DNA from: an uncultured Gammaproteobacteria bacterium
Lineage (GTDB): Bacteria; Cyanobacteriota; Vampirovibrionia; Gastranaerophilales; UBA9971
Direction of reading: 5' to 3'
Length of the DNA: 64,000 nucleotides
NCBI GenBank assembly: GCA_964558005.1
Contig: CAZLCO010000001.1
Coordinates: 62,362-126,361 of the forward strand
Shown here: one piece after another, positions 56,636-64,000 of the stretch
Layout: each line of letters starts with the position of its first letter
Numbering within the stretch: position 1 is the stretch's first letter
Notes under the pieces: model-generated
The model's database searches: none
Told to the model about the DNA's origin: nothing
Seen by the model: only the letters and a program-made list of their open reading frames with translations
Translations under genes and position numbers: made by a program

Positions 56636-57502
56636 TTATTGTGCTGCGTATATTTTTTGTAATTCCATCGCCAATAGCGGGTCTGTTGAGGCTAAATTTG
56701 ACATTGGCGGGTCAGCGAATATATTTGAAGTTGGTGCGTATGCCATTTGCGGCTGTTGCATTGGCATTTGCGGAGGAATGTTTGCGTATTGTGGCATTGA
56801 GGTTAAGCCGAGTTCCCGCATGTCTTTTTGTACCTTTGCAAGCTTATCAGCTTTATTTTCGCCGAATACTGCTGTTCCAACATTTTCACCTATAGAGTGA
56901 CCAACTTTAGTGCCAAGTGCGCTGACTCCTAAAAATGTTGCCGCGCCAGCTAAAAGACCGATTCCACCACCAATTGCGAGGCCAACTGGTCCAGCCCATG
57001 CCAATGCTGCTGCCGCTACACCAGCTGTTTTAAGTCCTACTGTTACACCAAGTGCCGCACCTCCAACAGCACCTGCTGTTGCGCCAGCTGTAGTACCTGC
57101 TACTTCAGTACCTGATTGACCAAGCTGTAAAAATCCTCTACCAGTTCCCTCTTTAAATCCACGGAATATTTCAGGTATTTCACCGATAGCTTCAAAAGCA
57201 CCTGCTATCAGGCCAGCAAAACCTGCATAACCTGGAATTTTACCGAGGAAGTTGCCCACACTACCTAATACCCCTGACTTAGAGGCGAGATTACTTACTT
57301 TTCCGCCAATACCCATAGTTTTTGTCTGGCTTAAAGGTTTGCCCAAGTCACTCCATACACTCGTTTTACCAGCAGCATCCATCGCTTTCATCTTTTGGGC
57401 GAAGGCTGGATCATAGACAGCCATAGCTTTTGTTGTTGACGATGCCGCTTTGGCGACTCCACCTGTAAAAGGTATGTGAACTCCAAGTATGTTCATAAAC
57501 AA
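56636..57502 (-). CDS. Gly/Ala-rich glycine-zipper membrane-associating protein, unknown family
   Basis: 288 aa with a long GxxxG/AxxxG region (GAVGGAALGVTVGLKTAGVAAAALAWAGPVGLAIGGGIGLLAGAATFLGV) and a P/Q/M-rich C-terminus. A strong RBS (GGAAGGAG) precedes the ATG. Confidence 0.7.
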   Translation of the reverse strand: MFMNILGVHIPFTGGVAKAASSTTKAMAVYDPAFAQKMKAMDAAGKTSVWSDLGKPLSQTKTMGIGGKVSNLASKSGVLGSVGNFLGKIPGYAGFAGLIAGAFEAIGEIPEIFRGFKEGTGRGFLQLGQSGTEVAGTTAGATAGAVGGAALGVTVGLKTAGVAAAALAWAGPVGLAIGGGIGLLAGAATFLGVSALGTKVGHSIGENVGTAVFGENKADKLAKVQKDMRELGLTSMPQYANIPPQMPMQQPQMAYAPTSNIFADPPMSNLASTDPLLAMELQKIYAAQ

Positions 57503-57816
57503 CTTCTCCTTCCCAAGGTTATTACTTACTTCCCACTATTAATTTTTTAAACTATTAAATAAACAAACTTTTCCCGAATTTACAATACTTATTTTCTTCC
57601 TAACTTTACTTCCTATAATATAAAAACTTGCTGCCCCGAATAATTGCTATTAGGATTGGATTTTTATTAAAACTTGTAATATTTTGTTACATTCCTTTGC
57701 ACGTTTAAAAAATAATAAAAAATGGAATATAATAATAAATAGTTCCTTTAAAGGATAATAAACGGATTTATCTGCCTTTATAATAAATAAAGGCCTAACT
57801 AGGGAGAGTATGTGCT

Positions 57817-59589
57817 ATGTCGATACAATTCAGCGGTGTTGGATCAGGACTTCCTGTAGATGACTGGATAAATGCAATCATACAGGCGGAAAGCGCCCGG
57901 CTTGGCAATTTGCAAAAACAAAAGTCCGGCCTCCAAACATCAAGAACAGCTTTAAATACAGTAGAATCAAAGTTTTCTTCGTTCAGGTCCTCTATAGAAG
58001 ACCTGACAGACGCTAATTTGTCCTCTGCTTTTGACCTCTTTAAAAGGAAAAAAATAACCGGCTCTGATTCTGATATAGCAAGCGCAACAGTTTCCAGCAA
58101 CGCTGCAATACAAAAAATTGAGCTGGAAGTCTCAAGCCTCGCAACCGCAACTACAGCAAAAAGCTCCTCTACGATAGGTCAGACAATCGATGGGACAGAA
58201 TCCTTTTTAGACCTTTCTAACGGTGATGCGGAAGAAGGCTCGTTCAGCATTTATACAGACGGTGTTAAAAACGAATTTACTATAGAAAAAGGCGATACCG
58301 TCCAGGATATAGTAGATGACATAAATAATTCAGGAATAGTAGGACTTAGCGCCCAGGTAAACAGCGGCAAATTTGAAATAACATACGACACTAATAATAT
58401 AAGCGATGTAAAACTCGGCTCAAGCGCGGATACAAGTAATTTTCTTAATGTAATGAATTTATCTACAGCTGACGCTGCCGCGGGAGCCGGTACAGACATG
58501 ACTTTTTCCAGCACAGACGCGGTCTCTAAAGTCGACACAAACGGAAAAATAGTCGGCAACACAGCTAATCTCTCAGGTTCATTTACTGAATCAAGTTATA
58601 CTTTTAAAATAGGAAACGCTGAATTTGATATAGGTTCAGGAACTACATTCCAGGACTTGATAAACAACATAAACAGTGATGATGATGCGGGTGTTATCGC
58701 CAGATACGATTATAAAGAAAATAAATTAATGCTCACAGCGCGAGAAGCCGGGGAAACCGCCATCAGCCTTGAAGATACATCCGGCGATTTTCTTGAGCAA
58801 ATGGGGCTTATTACCGCGGGAGGCGACTCCCTTTCTTCGCAAACACTGGGAGATAATGCTGTTGTTTATGTTAATGGTTCAACTACAGCCCTCGAAGCTA
58901 ATTCAAACACCCTTACAAGCGATATAACCGGTTTATCAGGCATAACTATAAATCTTAAAGATGTTACAGAAGCTGGAGAAACAATAACATTTAATGTTGA
59001 ACAGGACACAGAACAGCTAACCAATGCGGTCAGTGATTTTATAAGCAAATTCAACACCGTTATTAATGAAATAGATTCTAAAACAAAATACGGAAAAGAT
59101 TTATCCGGTGAATATTCGCTTGTATCGTTAAGAAATTCTCTTCGGATGACAGCGACCGGCTCGGTAGACGGGCTTTCCAATTATGACAGCTTCGGGATGA
59201 TAGGTATTTCAACAGGCGATATTGGAAAAGGGACTGACGAGACTACTAATACCCTTAAGCTTGATAAGGACAAATTTCTTGAAGCACTTCAGGAACGTCC
59301 TGATGAAGTAAAAGCCCTTTTAATAGGGGATTCTGAAACCGGCACAACAGGCGTGCTCCAAAAACTTGAGTCAAAGGTTGAAAGCGCACTTGACCCTGTT
59401 AACGGTTATTTTGCCGCAAGAGAAGGCTCAATGGACAGCCAGATTTCCGATATTGATAAATCAATAATCAGAGAAACAGAACGGCTTGATACTCGAGAAG
59501 AATACCTTGTCAGGCAGTTTAACCAGATGGACCAGTATATAAGCCAGATGCAGCAGCAAAGCCAGGCACTTGCCATGCTTGGAATATAA
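57817..59589 (+). CDS. fliD: flagellar filament capping protein FliD (hook-associated protein 2)
   Basis: The N-terminus is [25 protein letters not shown] and the C-terminus is [23 protein letters not shown]. Confidence 0.85.
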   Translation: MSIQFSGVGSGLPVDDWINAIIQAESARLGNLQKQKSGLQTSRTALNTVESKFSSFRSSIEDLTDANLSSAFDLFKRKKITGSDSDIASATVSSNAAIQKIELEVSSLATATTAKSSSTIGQTIDGTESFLDLSNGDAEEGSFSIYTDGVKNEFTIEKGDTVQDIVDDINNSGIVGLSAQVNSGKFEITYDTNNISDVKLGSSADTSNFLNVMNLSTADAAAGAGTDMTFSSTDAVSKVDTNGKIVGNTANLSGSFTESSYTFKIGNAEFDIGSGTTFQDLINNINSDDDAGVIARYDYKENKLMLTAREAGETAISLEDTSGDFLEQMGLITAGGDSLSSQTLGDNAVVYVNGSTTALEANSNTLTSDITGLSGITINLKDVTEAGETITFNVEQDTEQLTNAVSDFISKFNTVINEIDSKTKYGKDLSGEYSLVSLRNSLRMTATGSVDGLSNYDSFGMIGISTGDIGKGTDETTNTLKLDKDKFLEALQERPDEVKALLIGDSETGTTGVLQKLESKVESALDPVNGYFAAREGSMDSQISDIDKSIIRETERLDTREEYLVRQFNQMDQYISQMQQQSQALAMLGI

Positions 59590-59615
59590 TAAAGATAATA
59601 ATCGGGGAGAAAATT

Positions 59616-60461
59616 TTGATAAAGAAGATAAAAGCAGGTTTTAACAAAATTAAATATGGTCTTTTTAAAGACAATAGAGTCGGTATAATCAAACTGGAAA
59701 ATATAATTCTTGATACCGGCCCCTTTCCTGTTGCCACAAAAATTATTGATTCGATAAAAACAGCTAAAAAGCTGGGGATAAAAAATATTGTATTAAGGAT
59801 AAACAGCCCGGGCGGAACAGTTGGCGCATCGCAGGAAATATACACAGAATTGAAAAAAGCCAGGGAAGACGGTACCAGAATAGTTGTCTCTCTTGGTGAT
59901 GTTGCAGCCAGCGGAGGGCTATATGTTGCTGTTGCAGCAGATAAAATAGTTTCCAACCCCGGAACCGTTACCGGCTCTATTGGCGTCATAATTAAAACAA
60001 ACGTTCTCAAGACTCTGTATAAAAAAATTGGTATTGACAGCGAAGTTGTTAAGTCCGGTGAGTATAAAGACATTCTTTCAAGCACAAAATACCTTTCCCG
60101 GGAAGAAAAGCAGATACTTCAGGACTTAATTGATTCGACCTATGAACAGTTTATAGAAGAAATCGCTCTAAACCGCAAAATCGACAAGGAAGAAGTCAGG
60201 AAATTTGCAGACGGACGTATATTTTCCGGCACACAGGCAAAGGAACTTGGACTTGTTGATGAAATAGGCTCAATGTCAGACGCTGTTGACCTTATAGCAG
60301 AGCTGGCCGAAATGGAGGAAGAGCCTGTAACTATTGACCTATCGCCTAAAAAATCTTTTTTACAAAAAGTCGCAGGCGGCAGTATGCTGGAAATACTGGA
60401 GAATGCAGGTTTGAATTCATTTTATAACCGTGTGCCGTTGTGGCTCATGGCTGATTTTTAA
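59616..60461 (+). CDS. sppA: signal peptide peptidase SppA (S49, 36K type)
   Basis: Motifs [14 protein letters not shown] and [11 protein letters not shown] (Ser nucleophile), and the Lys region, are present. TTG start with GGGGAGA upstream. Confidence 0.82.
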   Translation: MIKKIKAGFNKIKYGLFKDNRVGIIKLENIILDTGPFPVATKIIDSIKTAKKLGIKNIVLRINSPGGTVGASQEIYTELKKAREDGTRIVVSLGDVAASGGLYVAVAADKIVSNPGTVTGSIGVIIKTNVLKTLYKKIGIDSEVVKSGEYKDILSSTKYLSREEKQILQDLIDSTYEQFIEEIALNRKIDKEEVRKFADGRIFSGTQAKELGLVDEIGSMSDAVDLIAELAEMEEEPVTIDLSPKKSFLQKVAGGSMLEILENAGLNSFYNRVPLWLMADF

Positions 60462-60465
60462 AATT

Positions 60466-61038
60466 TTACTCTTCCAGCTTAAACAGCATTTTGTAGAGAC
60501 TGCTTTCAATATACAACCACATCTCATAATACTTTCCGTCCTCGGTCACCCGGAAATCCGCCTTTGCCCGGGGTGGCTTGAGCGGTTTTCTGTGTTCCAT
60601 TATTTTGTTAAATGGCCATTTAACTATTCCCCATACAGTTACAAACGGTTGTACATACCACTTGTGTTTTGGCTTTGGAGGGGGCGGGAAAATTACTTCA
60701 GGATCAACCCAAACCTTCTGAAAAACAGGCACTGCTCCCTTTACAACGCCATTTTGCTTAAAAATAACAAACCTGTAGCCGTCTTTTCTCTCAGGTTTTA
60801 TAAGATAGTAGCCCAGATTAAGCACGGTATTTTTGCTCTTTAATTTGACCGGAAGCCTAACAAGAACATAAGGAGAAATAATATAATCTTCATAATCCTC
60901 GGATTCTTCTTCATCGTAGCCTGTCTCATACATATAATCCAGAACAGGCGTATCTTCATAAAGCAAATCATAGTTTAATTTCCCGTATGACGGGGCAATA
61001 AGCAGAAAAACTATCAATATTGCAAAAAACTTTCTCAT
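60466..61038 (-). CDS. hypothetical secreted protein
   Basis: Signal peptide MRKFFAILIVFLLIAPSYG. Its start overlaps the scpB stop by 4 nt. Confidence 0.6.
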   Translation of the reverse strand: MRKFFAILIVFLLIAPSYGKLNYDLLYEDTPVLDYMYETGYDEEESEDYEDYIISPYVLVRLPVKLKSKNTVLNLGYYLIKPERKDGYRFVIFKQNGVVKGAVPVFQKVWVDPEVIFPPPPKPKHKWYVQPFVTVWGIVKWPFNKIMEHRKPLKPPRAKADFRVTEDGKYYEMWLYIESSLYKMLFKLEE

Positions 61039-61571
61039 TCTGAGACCTGTTCTTCAGTTTCCTTTTCTTCAGGCTCTTTTTCTTTGTTTAAATCAAGAAT
61101 TTTAGCCAGCGCCCGGGTGTCTCCCTTTAGCTTAAAATATTCTGCAAATTTTGAAGTGGTTTTTAAAATAAATGACCTGCCGTTTTTATCTTTTTTCCTG
61201 CTAATTAAACCCTTTTCCAACAACTCGCCGATATGATCATATGCCACAGCACCGCGCAGTTCTTTTAAAAGTGTTTGTCTAAGCGGTTCTTTAAGGGCAA
61301 TTATGGTCAATGTCTTTAATACAGGCGGCCTTAACTCTACAGGAACCAGTTTTTCCACAATATCTCTGTATTCTTCCCTTACCTGAATGATATAACCGTT
61401 TTCATCATCTATTTCAAGTGCACTTTCCCGGGTTGAATAGTCCATTATCAGATCAAGAAGCTCTGATTCGACATCAGCCGGGTCTTCTTTAAGGATTTCT
61501 GCTATTTCCTCTGGTGTTGCGGCTTTTCCAATCACGAAAAGCACTGCTTCTATTCTTGATTTTAAGGTCAT
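61035..61571 (-). CDS. scpB: segregation and condensation protein B
   Basis: IEAVLFVIGKAATPEEIAEIL and tandem winged-helix patterns are present. The length is 178 aa. Confidence 0.85.
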   Translation of the reverse strand: MTLKSRIEAVLFVIGKAATPEEIAEILKEDPADVESELLDLIMDYSTRESALEIDDENGYIIQVREEYRDIVEKLVPVELRPPVLKTLTIIALKEPLRQTLLKELRGAVAYDHIGELLEKGLISRKKDKNGRSFILKTTSKFAEYFKLKGDTRALAKILDLNKEKEPEEKETEEQVSE

Positions 61572-62341
61572 TGTTCATTAACCACATAAAGGTCTGAGTA
61601 GAATTCTTCCTGCACAAGGTCAATTCTGCTCCTTGATGCCAGGAACAGCAGGGCAATATAGATTGAAACCTTGTCCATTCCCGTTTGCTGCAGTTCTGTT
61701 ATTTCTATTCTATCATCAGTCCTGAATAATTTGTCCAGTATTTCCTGAAGGTTGTTTATGCTGCGGTCAATATACTCATCATGCGCCATATTTACAATAT
61801 CTTCAGGAGTAAATTTCTCATAAGAGCTTAATCTGCGGGGAGCAGTACGCTGTTTGTTTTTTAAAGCCAGCCTTTTATCAAGCTTTTCATAAAATTCCAG
61901 CTGTTTAATTAAATCTTCGAGAGTTACAACCCTTTCCCTATGAAGCCTGACGCTGGTGCGCCTTTCCAATACTTCGTCAATGGAAATAACATTGCTCAGG
62001 TCAATATCTTCTTCATCTTCCTCTGTATCTTCAAACATTTCAATTTCTTCAAGCTCTTCTTCCTCAAAAGGCTTTATCCCTTCTAGAATATCGGACTTTA
62101 ACCTTAATAAAAGCGCGGCAAAAAATAGCGTCCTGCCGGTTAGTTTAAGATTATTGGCTTTCATTTCAACAAGCTGCTGGAGATATTTATCCGTTACATC
62201 GGCTATGTCGATATTCCACGGGTCAATTTTGCCATTCTGTGCCATTTCGACCAGAATTTCTATACCGTCGACTTCGGGTTCGTTTATTTTGCGAGCTTCT
62301 GCTTCATTTATTTTTTGTATATCAGCCTGTCTTTTAAGCAT
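61568..62341 (-). CDS. scpA: segregation and condensation protein A (kleisin)
   Basis: KIDPWNIDIADVTDKYL, an acidic middle and a C-terminal winged helix are present. Confidence 0.85.
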   Translation of the reverse strand: MLKRQADIQKINEAEARKINEPEVDGIEILVEMAQNGKIDPWNIDIADVTDKYLQQLVEMKANNLKLTGRTLFFAALLLRLKSDILEGIKPFEEEELEEIEMFEDTEEDEEDIDLSNVISIDEVLERRTSVRLHRERVVTLEDLIKQLEFYEKLDKRLALKNKQRTAPRRLSSYEKFTPEDIVNMAHDEYIDRSINNLQEILDKLFRTDDRIEITELQQTGMDKVSIYIALLFLASRSRIDLVQEEFYSDLYVVNEQ

Positions 62342-64000
62342 GGAGCTTTATCCCTGTTACTTTAGTTATTCCGCTGTCTTTCTGTGTTACCCCTATAGTA
62401 CGGTCTGCGGCTTCTATTAACGGCTTACGCAGTGAAACTACTATAAACTGGGTATTTGATGAATACGTTTTTATCATCTGGGCAAGCTTTTCAGCATTTA
62501 TACCGTCAAGATGCATATCCACTTCATCAAAAGCATAAAATGGAGCAGGCAAATACCGCTGTATGGCAAACACAAACGCTAGTGCGGTGAGCGATTTTTC
62601 ACCTCCGCTCATACCCTCAAGCCGCTGCATTTTCTTGCCCCGCGGCTGTGCTTCTATAGTTAGTCCTCCAGCGAGAGGGTTAATGTCATTTTCAAGGATT
62701 ATGCTGCCCTCTCCGCAAGATAACTGGTTAAAGATTTCCTTGAAGTTCCGGTTGATATTATCGAATGTTTCCCTGAATGAACGAATTTTCAATTCTTCAT
62801 AGCCGTTCATCCGGTCAATAATCTGTTTTTTCTCGCTGGTAAGAGTATTTATCCTGTTTTCGAGTTCTTCTTTCCTTGTTTTTACCTCGTCATACTCTGT
62901 GAGCGCTTTCATATTAACCGGTTCCATATCGGTCATTCGCCTGTCGAGGCGTGATATACTCTTTGTGACTTCTTCAACAGAAACATCCGTGGGTTTTAAT
63001 TGCGAAATATCATATCCCTGCCTTACTAAATCCTCGCGAATTTCATCAAGCTCCGGTTCCAACTCTTTTCTGCGGGTTTTGAATGCCTCTACCTGTTCGA
63101 TTAGTCTTTCTATTTTGGTTTCAAATATAGTTTTAGTCTTCTCCAGTCTGAGAATTTCAGCGTTGAGTTCTTCTCTCTGGCCTTGCAGCCCGGTCAATTC
63201 CGTACTTATTTCGCTTATTTTTTCATGCAGCTCTTTTAAGCGTTCTTCTGTTTGTGTTATTTCCTCAAATAGCTTAACTTTGTCAACATTTAACTGCTCG
63301 TTTTCCTGCCCGAGCTGGACTATTTTGTCTTCCTGAATACCTATAGTCCTATCGTTAAAATCAATTTCCATTTTTATGGATTTTATTTCATTCTCGCACC
63401 CTGCTAACTGGGCTTCATATATTTTTATTTCCTGCTCTGCGCCCTGAGTCAGCTCATTTAGCCTGGTCAAATCGTTTTGTGGCAAAGCTTTTTCTATCTT
63501 TTCGATTTCCTGTGACAGGCCGCTTATTTCTTTAGCGATATTTTCAAGTTTTAATTTTATTTCATTATAAGCATTTTGCGCGGTTTCTAATTCAGGGGTT
63601 TTTTCTGTCAGTATTTCCTGGCTTTTTACAACCCGTGCTTCCGTGCTTTCAAGGTTTTTAACAACATTTTCCAGCTCAAACTTCTTTTTATTAAGCTCTG
63701 TCATTGCTAAGGAGTAATCTTTCCTTACCTCATCCAATTTTGCTTCGGTTTCCTGCTTTTGACTGTCGAGCGAAACCGCCTTATCCTGCATTTTTTGCAG
63801 CCTTTGTTTAAAAGTTTCAAGCTCCTCATCCTCGTTTTGAGCAAATTTCAGGCCTGTTTTATGAACAGAACCGCCCGTCATAGCACCGGTCTTTTCGATT
63901 AAACTGCCGTCCAGGGTAACCATGCGATATTTCCCCATCAAACCCCGTGCCGCATTCAAGTCCTCAACCACCAGCGTATCGCCGAGTGCGTAGTTAAAAG
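62334..64000 (-). CDS. smc: chromosome partition protein Smc, C-terminal part (gene continues beyond the right edge)
   Basis: A long coiled coil is followed by the signature motif LSGGEKSLTALAF and Walker B FYAFDEVDMHLD. The frame is still open at base 64000. Confidence 0.93.
   Translation of the reverse strand, partial: FNYALGDTLVVEDLNAARGLMGKYRMVTLDGSLIEKTGAMTGGSVHKTGLKFAQNEDEELETFKQRLQKMQDKAVSLDSQKQETEAKLDEVRKDYSLAMTELNKKKFELENVVKNLESTEARVVKSQEILTEKTPELETAQNAYNEIKLKLENIAKEISGLSQEIEKIEKALPQNDLTRLNELTQGAEQEIKIYEAQLAGCENEIKSIKMEIDFNDRTIGIQEDKIVQLGQENEQLNVDKVKLFEEITQTEERLKELHEKISEISTELTGLQGQREELNAEILRLEKTKTIFETKIERLIEQVEAFKTRRKELEPELDEIREDLVRQGYDISQLKPTDVSVEEVTKSISRLDRRMTDMEPVNMKALTEYDEVKTRKEELENRINTLTSEKKQIIDRMNGYEELKIRSFRETFDNINRNFKEIFNQLSCGEGSIILENDINPLAGGLTIEAQPRGKKMQRLEGMSGGEKSLTALAFVFAIQRYLPAPFYAFDEVDMHLDGINAEKLAQMIKTYSSNTQFIVVSLRKPLIEAADRTIGVTQKDSGITKVTGIKLHA

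Noticed and set aside
56628-57119. Plus-strand ORFs (90, 84 and 69 aa, Ala/Pro-rich) antisense to the Gly-zipper gene.
   Set aside because: They are mirror translations of GGN/GCN-rich codons. The minus-strand ORF is far longer and has a strong GGAAGGAG RBS plus a terminator.
57620-57648. Reading the shared motif ATAAAAAC-N6-CCCCGAWTAA as a sigma-28 (FliA) promoter for fliD and hppA.
   Set aside because: The distance between the TAAA and CCGAWTAA elements is about 5 nt shorter than the TAAA-N15-GCCGATAA consensus. hppA is not a plausible flagellar regulon member. The motif is kept only as an unexplained shared sequence.

Overview
This is a contiguous bacterial chromosomal segment with about 70 supportable protein-coding genes. 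By eye I found no rRNA, tRNA or CRISPR array. The gene content points to an anaerobic diderm: LptC/A/B/FG LPS export, a PilO/PilP-like/PilQ type IV pilus secretin cluster, a lone FliD, desulfoferrodoxin plus ferritin, and a membrane pyrophosphatase. The short hairpin repeats are of a kind common in cyanobacteria-like lineages, so a Melainabacteria-like origin is a low-confidence guess. Most genes are housekeeping: rsmI, aroK, pheS, uppS, rdgB, apt, ftsH, dxr, trpF, mtnA, der, hppA, pheA, sppA and smc-scpA-scpB. Between them sit visibly AT-rich accessory insertions. Sampled 60-nt lines are about 20-25% GC in the insertions versus about 45% in the flanks; this was not computed window-wide. The insertions are: (1) a PIN/VapC toxin-antitoxin pair wedged between two M16 peptidase genes; (2) an AbiJ-NTD4/HEPN-like abortive-infection gene bracketed by inverted copies of two repeat families; (3) a two-gene cassette at 15544-16769, a STAS-like/GHKL-ATPase fusion plus a small STAS-like (DUF4325-type) protein, with no sigma factor or effector next to it; (4) an orphan methyltransferase behind a 570-bp ORF-free region containing a CCTTAC repeat; (5) a ParE/RHH pair ahead of dxr. 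My best candidate for an undescribed system is cassette (3). Other items worth a second look follow. There are three tandem small paralogous genes at 44562-45635. A four-gene operon combines a zf-HC2 anti-sigma-like giant, a sigma factor, a lipoprotein and a shortened NifB-like radical SAM protein. A ~125-nt C/A-rich, G-poor tract (G-quadruplex-capable on the other strand) is followed by a near-consensus orphan promoter and an A-rich tract antisense to pheA. A glycine-zipper protein lies divergent from fliD. One membrane protein recalls eukaryotic MTFP1/MTP18. All functional calls rest on motif recognition and memory of protein families; no database search was run.
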